This document shows positions 35,509 through 48,114 of a stretch of 64,000 nt of DNA, in pieces. The position numbers were made by a program, and so were the translations under genes. Source of the DNA: Cetorhinus maximus (taxonomy: Eukaryota); NCBI RefSeq assembly GCF_964194155.1, contig NC_135899.1, positions 62,000,001 to 62,064,000 on the forward strand, written 5' to 3'. Below the pieces are notes generated by a model that was given only the letters and a program-made list of their open reading frames with translations, did no database searches and was not told where the DNA came from. Position 1 is the first letter of the stretch; every line of letters starts with the position of its first letter.

Positions 35509-38500
35509 GTTTAAACCTTCTCCAATAGCACTAGCTAATCATCCCGGGAACTTGGTCCCAGCTCTGTTTAGTTGCAGCCCGCTCAGTTGTACTGATCCCA
35601 TCTCCTCCAGAACTGATCTAAAGCCCTCCCACCTGCATCATCCTTCTATCTACACATTTATCTGCTTTATCCTCCTATTTCTATACACACTTGAACATGA
35701 TACTGGAAGTAATCTTGAGGTTACTTCTGAGGTCCTACTTTCCAATTTTGTACTGAACTCCCTAAATTCTGTCTGGAGGACCACATCCCTCTTTCTACCT
35801 ATATCATTTGCACTGATGTGGACCATGATGGCTGGCTGTTCACCCTGCCCCCTCAGGGTGTTCTACAGCTCTCCAGTGATACTCTTGACCCTGGCCCAAA
35901 GATGCAACACATTATCCTGGATTCATGTCTGTGGCCATAGAAACACTTGTCTGTTCCTATAACTATCAAATCTCTTATCACAATTGCTCTTCCGACCTTC
36001 TTCGTGTCCCCTGTAAGCTGAGCAAACCATGGCACCATGGACTTGGCTCTGGATACATTCCCCGGATGAACCATTACTTTCATTAGTTTCCAGAACTGAA
36101 TTCTGGTTGGAGAATTAGATGCACTCAAGGGACTCCTGCACTACTTGCCTGTGTCTTCTTGACTGCCCGGTGGTCATCCATTCCCTCTCTCATTACATGC
36201 TCTTAAACTGCAGGATGACCACGTCCATTAACACCCTATCAATGAAGTTCTTAACCTCAAGGATGTACTGCAGTGATGCCTGCAGCTGCTCAAGCTCTGA
36301 AACTGGGAGTTTGAGATTCTACAGCTGACAATTCCTGCATGGACACTACCTGCACTTATGGTTTTCCAGGACATGGAAAGCATCTTGGAGTTACCACATA
36401 GCACAGGATGTGCACTTCAGAGGTCAGAGCTTCCAGGCCATTCTTCTATCTATTAGACAATAAACCTTGCTACTACTAATAAACTTTACTAAAAAGATTC
36501 ACCAGCTACTCAGATCCCTTCTGTTGATGTCACTTAAATATAGGGAAGTTAGCTGGATGTTTGATTTAACGCTTTTATAAATGAAATGTTTTCATTTCCC
36601 AGCTCTTTAGTCTAGCCCCCTGTCTTTTCAGAAAGGGATATAAAGCTACAATACTCATCAGCCAATTAATTCATAACTTTCCTGTGATGATGACATAGCT
36701 TGACTTTTTTCCTCTCACTTTTTACAAACTCGAGCATGCGCTGGTTCACTCCAGTTGCCGAGTCTCTCCTCAGTGAAATTGTGAATTATTTTTCTCCAGA
36801 AAAGTTTGATGAGAATTTGTTGTTTGTGAAATACTTGATATGATAAAGTTCTCATCAGGACATTAATTGTGTGTAACAAGATTGAGAACAAATATGAAAT
36901 ATGGCAGTTTCACTGTCCACTCTCTTTCCCAAAACACAATATCTCTTTAAATAATGAATAATGGGCAAATCAGTAGGCAACAGATATGGATGATTTACTG
37001 AATAACATAATGATTGGGAGCACTGACCTGTCCCCATTTTTCATAATCATTTCATTAAAAGCATGTTAATTATATTTCTATTGGCTAGCAATCAAAAGCA
37101 ATGTTAGTGACAGCATTGTTATCGCTGGGTTCTAAACACTAAATCTCTAGTTCCCTGTGGGAAGAGCCTGGCACTCTTTGCAGCGAGTTGCAAGCTCTGT
37201 CCAGTTTTATCCAAAGTATCATACGATTGAAAATGACTGACTGTGATGTGGAAATTTGACTTTTATGGCAAAATGATTTGTTAGTTATTATAATCACCAT
37301 ATTACAGAAAATGATCAGTAGATTCCTCAATTTAATTCTTTCAGAAGTGGAATTTGGTTTGGGGCACACTTTCAGACAGCATCATATAATATGCTTATAA
37401 ACTAAATCTGCCCAAGGCTAGGCAACAAGAACTGTGGCTGTGTAAAATGCTAAGTATATGAATAATTCAAATTTGCAGCAAGATTCTGTTACATAATATG
37501 ATAATCACTACGGTACATTTGGCCTTTCATATCAGGTCTCACATAAGGCAAGCCTTCAGGTGTGTGACTGGCTCTTTAAAGGTAGCTGAATTCTGTGGTG
37601 AGAAGAAAACAGATGTTGCAAACGAATCTGCCTGTGGGCTCTAAGTGTAAAAATACAAGTTTTGCAGGTGCATGCACTGAATGTTCTAAGATATATCTGA
37701 TCTGTATTATCAATTGCAAGGATATAGGATTAGGAGATTATTTCCTGCAGAACATGCGAAGTCTCCCACTGCAAAACCTTTCACTCTCCATCCAAAAAAT
37801 TTTCACTGGGACTCAAGAGTGACAAAACGCAACAGGACATGAGCACCAGTCAGCTTGTTCCTTTCATTGCTGTCTTCTCTGTTGAAGGTTTTGGTGCTTC
37901 AGTTATATTTCTTGTGTATTACCTCAAAAAAGTTTTGCAACAAGCTGCTTTTGAAGGTAGAATACATAGGAGTGTGCTGGTTTGCCTCCGATTCAGTTGT
38001 TGAGAATCCACAGACTTTTCATATTATTATATTGTGGAAAACAGTAGTTATTTATTGCTTCATCAACTTCAACAGTTCAATGTAGCACAATTGGCGAGAG
38101 CTGCATGCGGTACTGCCTACAGGCACTGGGAATTGTAGTCAAACAGCCATGTGCCGTATTTGTCTCAATCTTGTTACACACAATTAATGTTCTGATGAGT
38201 AACATTACTATGTCAAGTAATTCACAAATAATAAATTCTCAACAGACACTTTCAGAGAAAAATATGTCACAGCCTTCTTTCAGAGATTGTGCAACAGTAA
38301 CTGTCACTCGTACTGCTTTGAAGTTACTGAACTGAAACAGAGTGCAGCCAGTTTAAACCTTTGAGAACTGGATGCACAATGGGTTGTGAACCATTTTCAT
38401 TTCTTTTCTGGTTGCAAAATTAACTGACCTGAGTCCAGCACTTTATCTAGATCATGTATCTGCATGGGCCTAATTGCCAACATAATTGCTCTTTGGCATC

Positions 38501-39954
38501 AAGTATCTTGGTGCCCCTATTAGCTCTGATGTGCATTTTATAATTGATCTCAATTCTATTTTGTTATCGCACCTCATTGACTGTAAAGCAATTTGGGACA
38601 TACTGGGTTCATGAAAGGCACAATATAAATGCAAATCCTTTCTCTTTATTGTATAAAACCAAAGAGTCTATGTCCATTTTAATCTGGTACAGGAGTGAGC
38701 AGTTAAAAGATGAATTATTTTACCTAGATTGCATGTGACTGATCCAGATCTCAACAGATATATTAAATAGGCAGAGAAGCAATTTAAAATCACTTGCTGG
38801 GGATGAAGCAACCATCTGTGAAATAAAGTGGATGCTATCTAATGCAGAGTTTCACTTTGTTCTCAGTAGCTGCACATGTAGGCAGCACAATGCACAGTTT
38901 CCTGTTTGGCATGCAGGGCGAGTCCATACTCTCGAAATATGAACAAATAAAACACTGCTTCGATTTATAAAACGTTCAGAAGGTTCAACAGAACTGCCTG
39001 ACCACTCTCAACTTGACAATGCACTGGAGTTTATTTTACACGCAGCTTCAAACCTAACAGAGGGACTTCACTTCTCTGAGTGGACCTTGGGCTGCAGCAG
39101 TTTAAATCCAGGCTGAAACTTAGCACTTTTCTGCAGCTGCATAAAAACAACATAACCGTACTGCAGGTTTAGCCTTCCAGTATTGCTGAGCTTTTCAACT
39201 CAAGATGCTTCTCAATTTATGATACCCTCAGGAATGATAGTGAACTGATGAAGTATTTGTGGTGGGCTGAATCTTACCTGTCTTCTGTATTCTAGGAGAT
39301 CTCCCCAACCAATCAATATTTCAACTGGCTCATGCAGTTTATTGGATACTGCATAGAATTTTAAAATCATTCCTGTTTTCGATACCACAGCTTGATGATC
39401 TAGAATTGCAACGGAAAGTTTGCATAGGCAGGGAATGCATTGATTATAATATTTATAAAATTAGAGATCTATATTGGAAAGGGGAATTCAGCTACTACCC
39501 AGCCTCATTCCAGATTTGATTTGCTTGCTTTAATAAAACCACCAGTTCAAACTATAACATCCTGAACCTCAATTGGCTGAAAACTTGGACTTTGCAGTGG
39601 TTTTTCAGCCAACCAAAATTCACCTATTGACGGTGTGGGGTCCAGAAAAAATGGGTAAGTTTAATGCGTAAATCTAAATGATCAGAAAAAAACAAAGAAA
39701 AGTTAAAATGGAATATAAAATTTAGAAAGAGCAAAACTAATATTTAAACAGTAAACTTAAAGAAAAACATGAGAAAAAGAATTGGAAATCAATGTGCATT
39801 TAAAAATAATCATTTCAAGCATTTTTGTAGCTTGTAACATTACTGTGATTATCTGAGCAACTTTAATGCTAATATTTGTACTTTCTCTATATGAGATGAA
39901 ATCAGAAAAAAAAGTTGACTCAAACTTGAAGTTGGGGTGAAACAAACATCACAT

Positions 39955-40260
39955 ATTACTTAGAATGTACAGCACAAAAGCAGGTAATTGCCCAACTGGT
40001 CTATGCTGATGCTTATGCTGCAAGTTAGCATCCTCCCACCAACTCTTCATTATATCAGTATATCCTTCTATTCTTTTTCCTCCCTCATATTTATCTAGCT
40101 TCCCCATAATGCACCTATGCTATTCACCTCAATTACTCCTTGTGGTAGCAAGTTCCACTGCCATACAATTCTCCCTGGTTAAAGAACCATCTCCTGAATT
40201 CCTTATTGGATTTATTGATGACTATCTTATGTTTGTGGCCTCTAATTTTGGTCAATGTCA
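39955..40260 (-). mobile_element. CR1 3' end
   Basis: Motifs tagaatgtacagcacaaaagcagg...ggtagcaagttccac...ctcctgaattccttattgg. Confidence 0.65.
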
Positions 40261-40527
40261 TTAATCCAACATGTGTAGGGCTACTGCAAAGAATCAACCT
40301 GTATTAGAAATTCTAGAAATATTTAAAACTGGTGGCTGGGATAAGATGCACTTCAGGGGTAAATGAAAATTTATAGAACCATTTTAGAGAAGGAAGGAAA
40401 AAGGTATAGGCAATGAAAGAATGCTGGGATTGGAAGATTGTTTTAAGATAAGAGAAATGAAGTAGGAAAGAGTGAAGGGAGAGATAGAGAAACAGCAGAA
40501 ATAGAGAGACAAGGGAAAATAAGTAAA

Positions 40528-40690
40528 TGTAAGAGCATACGAAATAAGAACAGGCATAGACCATATTGCCCCTAGACCCTGCTCCACCATTCAATAAGAT
40601 TGCAGCTGATTTTCAGCTTCAAATCCACTTTGTCGCTTACTCCTCATAACGCTTGATTGCCCAAGAGACCAAAAATTTGTCTATGTCAAA
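40528..40690 (-). mobile_element. CR1 3' end
   Basis: Motifs taagagcatacgaaataagaacagg...cctgctccaccattcaataagat. Confidence 0.7.
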
Positions 40691-40793
40691 AGTATGAGGG
40701 AGATTGTATGAAATTAAAGAAAGTAGCAATAAGGAGTAGAAGCAGCAGAGAAGCAAAGAGGAAAATAAACATTTGGTAGTACAGAACTGGTGC

Positions 40794-41813
40794 ATTGCTG
40801 AAAAAAGAGATACGTTGTTGAAGCTTTTCATCTTGCACTCATCAAGATAGCTCACAAGGAATTTCCAACAGTAACGGGGGAGCAACAATTTATACTGCAT
40901 GAGAAGAGAATGCTGATTGGATGTCAAGTGGCCTCTGATTGGTGGAGACATTGCCATGGAGAATGAAGCATGAATCAGCTAACTGCCCAGATTTGTTCAA
41001 ATTCAAACAAGGCAAGCTGACTCTGATTGGTCAAGGCCTTGAAGATGAAGGAGCCACTGCATGAAGGGAAAGCAAATTGTAAGATAAATTGCTTCATTGC
41101 CTTTTCACCTGCTCTTTAAACCACTGTCCTGACCTCAAACACTCCTCCTGGATGGGACTGCAATTCACTTTATCTGAGCTGGTACACTGAATTTGCTTCT
41201 CACAATGCAACCTTGTGTACATTGGAGAGACTAAATACAGATTGGCCAATCACTTTGATAAACAACTCTAGACTGAGGCTCTGCTCCACCGATCGCTTGC
41301 CATTTTAATCATGCTCCCGCTCTGTGTCCTTCACCACCTACACTTTTCCAATTAATTACTTAAAATTATATAGAACATATAGCACAGAAACAGCCCTTTG
41401 GTGCAACCAGTCCATGCCAGCATTTATGCTTCACTCAAGTCTCCTTCCATCCTCCCTCATATAAATCTATCTAATTCTACCTCTATACTGTTCACCTCAA
41501 CCGCTCCCAGTGATAATGAATTTCACAATCTCACCACTCTCTGGATAAAAAAGTTTACAGGGACCCGTTTTCTGCAAACAAAAGGAATATGATCAAGGCT
41601 TGTGACTTTTTTTGAATTACCCAGAAGCTTGGGAAGCCAATAGTTCCCCATTGCTTTCTCCATAGCAACGCCTCAGCCAATCAAAGTTGACTTACCAGCC
41701 AATCAGCACCTTTTTCTCCTGTAGTATAAATTGTTGTGATTATTTGAAATTTGGCATTCTTGCATTTGTCCTGATGAGTGAAGCTTTGGCAATGTATCTC
41801 CCTTTTCAGCAAT
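40794..41813 (+). mobile_element. Penelope-like element family B: inverted 5' pLTR, GIY-YIG remnant, 3' pLTR
   Basis: 40794-41040 is an inverted homologue of ~41590-41813. Between them lies CFSQCNLVYIGETKYRLANHF...IACHFN (~41175-41310). Both pLTRs contain hammerhead-like remnants. Confidence 0.75.
41370..41555 (-). mobile_element. CR1 3' end inserted in the Penelope-like element
   Basis: Motifs atagaacatatagcacagaaacagcc...tctcaccactctctggataaaaaagttt. Confidence 0.7.
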
Positions 41814-42641
41814 TACTGATTTCTTGATTTTTGATATGTGTGAATTGATTAGGTTCAATGTTCGTAAGTGAAAATGTCTTTTAAATTAAAGATCTCTTTT
41901 TTGAGAGCTTAAAGGCTTCCAGGTACACAATAGATTATTTGGCTCTCTTAAATTAGAGAAGGTTATGATCAGGGATTTCCTATTAAGAAGTTTGTTTCCC
42001 CTCTTCCAATATATTCTGACTTTCCTAGATATTTCCTGCACCCATACAAGTGTACAAGGAAGCCCTGAAATTACACTGCACAAATATTAATATATTGATG
42101 CTTAATCCGGTGATATGATTTCCTTTAACCTCGAATTTAGTACATGCATTTAAAATAAATTGGTTGACGTCGCTAATAAAAAATTTGCTCAGTGTAATTT
42201 GAAGGCCCAAGAAATAACCAGGCATATTTTCCAATAGACAGTTCTGATTTTCAGGAGTAAAGTGGTGACGCCAACTGGAAACATGGATTGGAGATGCCGG
42301 CCATGGCTTCAACTCAACATTCAAATTATATTCTGATGGTATTACTTGAGATCCACAAAACCTTCGTGACATCTGTGCATGCGCTCCGCTGAGTGTGAAG
42401 TACCTGCTCATATAGATTGGGCAGCCAGAGTTGGTTAGGACTGAGGTGCTTTAAAGCCATGAAAGAAAACCCTTTGAACAATTCTTAGACTTTTTCGGCC
42501 ATTTCTCTTTGTTTTATTTGCTACTTGCACTTAGGTTTTTAGTACGTGCAACTGTTATGCTGCTGCCTTCCCACCCACCCCCCCATCCCGCTCCTCCCAT
42601 CAACAGCTTCATTATTGCAACAATGGGGTTCCCTGTTGCAG

Positions 42642-42825
42642 GGAATCGAAGATATCTTGGCTTTTGGAGTAAGGGAGGAAGAAGAGGACAGATGCATTAA
42701 TGTCAAGTTGGAGCAGAAGTATTTGCACCAAACTCTTGCCAGCCGCATACGAGAAGATACAGGGAGAGATGCATACACCTCCATTTGGCAGAGGAATAAT
42801 GGCTGCAAAGGCTTCAAGTTACAAG
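42642..42825 (+). other. Candidate isolated exon (unverified)
   Basis: Acceptor ttccctgttgcag, donor AAG|gtaatt, 184 bp with one open frame (GIEDILAFGVREEEEDRCINVKLEQKYLHQ...). No recognised homology. Confidence 0.2.
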
Positions 42826-42999
42826 GTAATTGAGTTAAGTTGCTTGCTCCAATTAGACCTATGGTGAACTCCACATCACAATATTGCCCGTAACTTTAAA
42901 CAGCACAATTTCTTTAACTTTTAAGCTTCTGATCATTTTAAGTCAAGGAATCATTTCAGCTGGGAGAAATCAGCAGTATTAGCCGATTATTTGCCTATA

Positions 43000-43727
43000 G
43001 GGCTGGATTTTACATGCCCCCGCTGGGCATGTCTTCAGTGAGGGAGTGTGTCAAATAGCGCGGATGTGAACACCACCACTTGCCTGCCCACCCCTGAGCT
43101 CACCCCCATAATACGAAGGTGAGTGGGCACTGAAATCGGCATCCCACCCACCACATTTAAATAAATAATCAAGGGTTATTTGAGCATATTAACAAGCTGA
43201 TAATATGCTGCCATAAAACGGCTGGCATGGATAGTTGGGGTGGAGTGGCAGGCAGTAGTTTTAAAAAAAAAACTTTTTAAAAGGGTGGGAAGGAAGGGGA
43301 TACCGTCTTCAGTGGTGTGCTTTGCTCATCGCGGGGGTGGGGGCAGTGCTCCTAAGATACTACCCTCCCTTTCTTCCTACCCACCTGCTCTATAAAACAC
43401 ACCACCTGCATCCTCCCACCCCTCCCCTCCCTAAACTGCCCAAACCCTCCTCACTCAAGACCCCAGGATTACTTGGCCCCAGGATCCATTGGACCTTCTT
43501 GGGCCTGCTTGCAGTCCCGGCAGCGCCGATCAATGTGCTCTCGGCACAGCTGGGACTGCTGTTGGATTGGCCAGCAGCTCCCGAGGGTGGGGCTTTCTCC
43601 CCAGTGAGGGGCAGGCATCCCACTGTTAGCCTGTTAGCCCACCTGCAGAGCGTTATTGCTGTGGGGCAGCTGACGTCCTGCAAGTTGGCTCCACGCCGAC
43701 TTTGCTTCCCCCTGTAATATGCTGCCC
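43000..43727. mobile_element. Harbinger-type MITE
   Basis: TIRs GGGCTGGATTTTACA and TGTAATATGCTGCCC with a 3-bp TSD ATA. Confidence 0.8.
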
Positions 43728-43759
43728 ATAGTTTTACAAGGATTACAAGATGGATTAGT

Positions 43760-46405
43760 AACAGCAGGCATGAACCTTGGAATGAAATACCTCTAAAGTA
43801 GTAATCCTTGGATTACTCCCAGTGCCCCGTGCAAGTGAGTGCAGAAGTAGGAAGATAAGACAGATGAATGCATGGCTGGAAAGATGGTGCAGGAGGGAAG
43901 GTTTTAGATTCCCAAGACTCTGCGACTGGCTATGGGGAGATGGCACTTGTACAAACCGGATGGGTTGCATCTGAACAGAGCCAGGACTGAGTTCCTTGCG
44001 GGGTGTTTTGCTAGTGCTACCGGGGAGGATTTAAACTAACTCAGCAGGGGGGTGGGAACCAGAAGAGAATATTAGAAAGTAATACCAGTATTAGAAAGTA
44101 ATACCAGGGTGCACAGAATGCTGGGAGAGGGAGATAGCACTAAAATAGAGAATAGTAAGTTAGTAGGTGGAGTCAGAGTAAGGGAGCAAGTAATGAAGTT
44201 TAAATCAGAGTTACACTGCATGTATATGAATGCACAGAGTATAGTTAATAACATTGGGGAGTTACAGGCACAGATTGCCTTGTGAGATTATGATGTTGTG
44301 GCGATAACGGTGACCTGGCTTAAGGGAGGGCAGATCTGTGTGCTAAATATTCCTGGTTACAAGGTGTTCAGAAAAGATAGGAAAGGGAAAAAAGGCATTT
44401 TTGGTTAAGGAGAGTATTGCAGTACTGGAGAAAGAAGATGTGTCAGAGGATTCAAGGACAGAATTGATTTGGCTAGAGCTAAGGAATAAGAAGGGTGCAA
44501 TTATATTGCTTGGTGCAATGTATAGATCATCAGCTAGTGGGAAGGATATAGAGGAACAAATCTTCAAGGAAATTACAAAGAGGTGTAAACATCTTGGTGT
44601 AGTCATAATGGGGGACTTTAATCACCCCTATATAGACTGGAATAGTGGTAGTGTAAGGGGCAGTGACAGACAAGCATTCCTAGATTGTGTTCAGGAGAAT
44701 TTTCTACAGCAATATGTGTCCAGTCCAACAAGAAAAGAGGCATTGCTGGACCTGGTTCTTGGGAATGAGGTGGGCCAAGTAGATCAACTAACTGTTGGGG
44801 AACATTTAGGGGACGGTGATCATTTTATCATAAGGTTTAGATGACGGTGGAAAATGATATTGGTCAATCCAGAGTAAGAGTAATCAACTGGTGGGGAGCG
44901 TTCTTCAATGGGGCAAGAATGGAGCTGGGCTGGATAGACTGGAACCAAAGGTTGGCCGGAAAAACTGTAGCTGAACAATGGGCTACCTTCAAAGAGGAGA
45001 TGGTTTGGGTACAGTCAAGGTATGTTCCCTCAAAAGGGAATGGTAGAACAAACAAATTCAGAGTTCCCTGGATGATAAAGGAGATAGAAATTAAACTAAA
45101 GAAGAAAAGCAAATACAATTGAGAACCAAGCTGAATACAGAAGGTTCAGAAGGGATGTGAAAAAGCAAATACGAAAAGCAAAGAGGGATTACAAAAAATG
45201 ACTGGCAGCTAACATAAAAGGAAATCCCAAAGTATTCTATAAACACATCAATAGTAAAACAGTGGTAAAAGGAGGAGGAGGGCCGATTAGGGACCAAAAA
45301 GATGATTTGCACATAGAAGCAACAGGCATGGCTGAGGTGTGAAATCAATACTTTGCACCTGTCTTTACTTAGGAGGCAGATGCTACCCAGGTCATGGTGA
45401 CAGAGGAGGAAACTCAGTCACTAGAAAGGTTTAAAATTGATGATGAAGAGGTATTGGATAAGCTGTTCGTACTTAAAGTTGATAAGCCACCAGGACTGGA
45501 TGAGATGCATCCAAGAATATTGAAGGAAGTGAGAGTGGAAATTGAGGAGGAACTGGCAATAACCTTTCAATGTTCTCTGGATTCGGGGGACGTGCTGGAG
45601 GACTGGAGAATTGCAAACATTACGCCCTTTTTCAAAAAAGATTGTAAAGATCTGCCCTGCAATGACAGACCAGTCAATTTAACTTCGATGGTGGGGAAAC
45701 TTCCAGAAACAATTATTCGGAATAGAATTAATAGTCACATGGAAAAATGTGGATTGATTTGGAAGAGTCAGCATGGATTTGTTAAAGGAAAATCATGCCT
45801 AACTAACTTGCTGAACTGTTTTGATGAACTTATATAAGACACTGGTTAGACCTCAGCTGGAGTATTGTGTACAGTTCTGGGTGCCACTCTATAAGAAGAA
45901 TGTGAACACATTGGAGAGAGTGCAGAAGAGGTTTATGAGAGTAGTTCGAGGGATGAGACACTTCAGTTATGAGGAAAGATTGGAGAAGTTGGGATTGTTT
46001 TCCTTGGAGAGGAGAAGGCTAAGAGGAGACTTGATAAGAAGTTTTCAAAATCATGAAGGACCTGGACAGAGTAGATAGGGAGAAATTGTTCCGCTTGTAA
46101 ATGGATCGAGAACCAGACGGCACAGTTTTAAAGTGTTTTGCAAAAGAAGCAAATGCGAGGTGAGAAAAAACTTATTCACACAGCAAGTAGTTAGGGTTTG
46201 GAATGCACTGCCTGGAAGTGTGGTGGAGGTAGGTTCAATTGAGGCATTCAAGAGGGCATTGGATGCTTATTTAAATAGAAACAATGTGCAGGATTACAGG
46301 GAAAAGGGAGGAGATTGGCACTAAGTTAAAATGCTCAGAGAGCCGGTGCAGACACGATGGGCCAAATGGCCTCCTTCTACACTGTACCGATTCTGTGTTT
46401 CTGTG
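43760..46405 (+). mobile_element. CR1 LINE (ORF1 end, endonuclease, RT with internal deletion, 3'UTR)
   Basis: ORF1 LYKPDGLHLN. Endonuclease VVIMGDFNHPYIDW...ALLDLVLGNE. RT QHGFVKGKSCLTNLL is joined directly to LYKTLVRPQLEYCVQFW. Confidence 0.92.
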
Positions 46406-46429
46406 GAAGTGAATAACGGCAACACCACA

Positions 46430-46790
46430 GTCATGAGGGGTCTAGACAGAGTAAATAGGGAAAAACTATTCCCACTTGTGAAAGGATCGAGAATGAAAGG
46501 GTAGATTTGAAGTAATTGGCAAAAGAACCAAAAGCAAATATGGGAAAAAACTTTTCCACGCAGCGAGTGGTTAAGCTCTGGACTACACTGCTTGAAAGTG
46601 TGGTGTAGGCAGATTCACCTGAAGCACTTAAAAGGGAATTGGACTGTTATATGGAAAGAAAGAATGTGCAGGGTTATGGGGAGAAAGCGGGAGAATGGCA
46701 CTAAGGGAATTGCTCATTCAGAGAGAAGGTGCAGGCAAGATGGGACAAATGGCCTCCTTCTGCGTTGTAACGATTCTGTGATTCTGCAAT
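46430..46790 (+). mobile_element. Second CR1 3' end in tandem
   Basis: Motifs tcatgaggggtctagacagagta...aatggcctccttctgcgttgtaacgattctgtgattctg. Confidence 0.85.
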
Positions 46791-46829
46791 ATATTGAAAT
46801 CACCAAAAAATATTCATATATTCATAGAA

Positions 46830-47440
46830 GGAAGAGAACTAGAATAGATGCAATAATTCAAGTGTTTAAAAAACATAATATCTGCAGATGGAAGTTGCAA
46901 CAAAGAAATAAGAACAAGGATAAATAGTAGTGGGAAAGGTCATATTTGGTAAGAAGAGCTGGCTGCTGACTGGAAATATGAATAAACAACTCAAGAAGCA
47001 ACTTGTAAAGAGTTGAGTTTTGGAGTGTTGTTTTGTTTAGATGTGAGACTTGGACCTTATGGAAAGAGGAGACCAACTTGCTAAATAGCTTTGAAATTTG
47101 GGTTTGGAGGAGAATGCAAAGGACCAGTTCAACTGGAAAAGTAACAAATGATGATGTGTTGTGGAGAGGGAATGAACAAAGAAATTTGTTGAACATAATT
47201 AGGAAAAGGCAGGGAGTCTGAGTAGGGCACATCTTAAGAGGAAACGGACTAAGAGAAATTATGGAGGGAAAATTTCAAGGAAAAAGAGGAACAGGAAGGA
47301 AGAGAATATCAGCGCTGGATGGTTTGAAAATTGAAGGAAGTTATTGGCAAATGAAAAGACCGGCACAGGATAGAGAGACAAGGAAAGACTACTATAAGTC
47401 AAGGACCTGCCTTCAGACAGAGCAGATATGAGGATGATGA
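46830..47440 (+). mobile_element. RTE-clade LINE 3' end
   Basis: CETWTLWKEETNLLNSFEIWVWRRMQR...VTNDDVL...GHILRGN...IMEGKFQGKRGTGR, ending in a gatgatga tail. Confidence 0.8.
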
Positions 47441-48114
47441 ACCAACAGTATCATGAAAGGGTTGTGTAGGTTTACAGAGTGGTAGGGTTCCCATTGTTCC
47501 CAATTCATGTTCCCAAGGTCCAATTGTTAAAGATTAAACCAACGTACCCCAATATTGTTTATCACACAATGTCCTAAATGGGTAGTAAAGAATCCCACCA
47601 TGTGTTTGCAACAAATGGGATGAATTCAGCCCTCCTATGCTCTTTCCAGGTTTCTTTTCTGGTTGTACAGCTTGCTATCTTCCAAATTTGAAAATTCCCA
47701 AGCCTGTTTGTATAAGTGATGCAGATTCTGCACAACATTAAATCCTGCAGTACCGTGTTGTTTCCCACCTACCAGTGGGTGACCTATCAGTCACAAGACT
47801 GGAACAAATGCACCAAATCACAATGATACTGAGCCTAGAAAATGTGTGAAGTCATCATGCCCATCGGATGTAATTCCTGCACTGGTCAACTTGCACCTAA
47901 TAGTATGCTTACATTGTATTTTGAAAATCTACGTGACTTAAAAAGTTTCCCGTTTGTTGGTGTTTCTTCTCATGTGTATAAAGGTAAAATGATCGAAGTG
48001 ATCCGCGGCTATAGTTTCTCATCCACAGCTATTCTTTGCTTTCCTTCTATCTGTCCTTATTGTTTTCATTCTTTCATTGCACACGTCTTTTCTCAATAAT
48101 CTGTGAGATTACTT

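Larger units (their letters stand above)
31137..36450 (-). mobile_element. Near full-length decayed CR1 LINE (ORF1 esterase, endonuclease, RT, 3'UTR)
   Basis: 3' tail atagaatcatagaat. RT fragments LERVQKRFTRIV and EDWRIAKATPLFK..NYRPVCLSSVVGKILE. Endonuclease start FLCMYVNAQS. SGNH-like ORF1 (RAIVIRDLIVIGTDKCFYG...SRIMCC). Confidence 0.9.

Noticed and set aside
35330-35962. Longest supplied ORF (210 aa)
   Set aside because: It spans the hAT end and the antisense strand of CR1 ORF1, so it is a chance open frame.
31137-46405. Oppositely oriented related CR1 copies as a large inverted repeat or composite element
   Set aside because: They are diverged, have different deletions and share no TSD. 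Independent insertions explain them.
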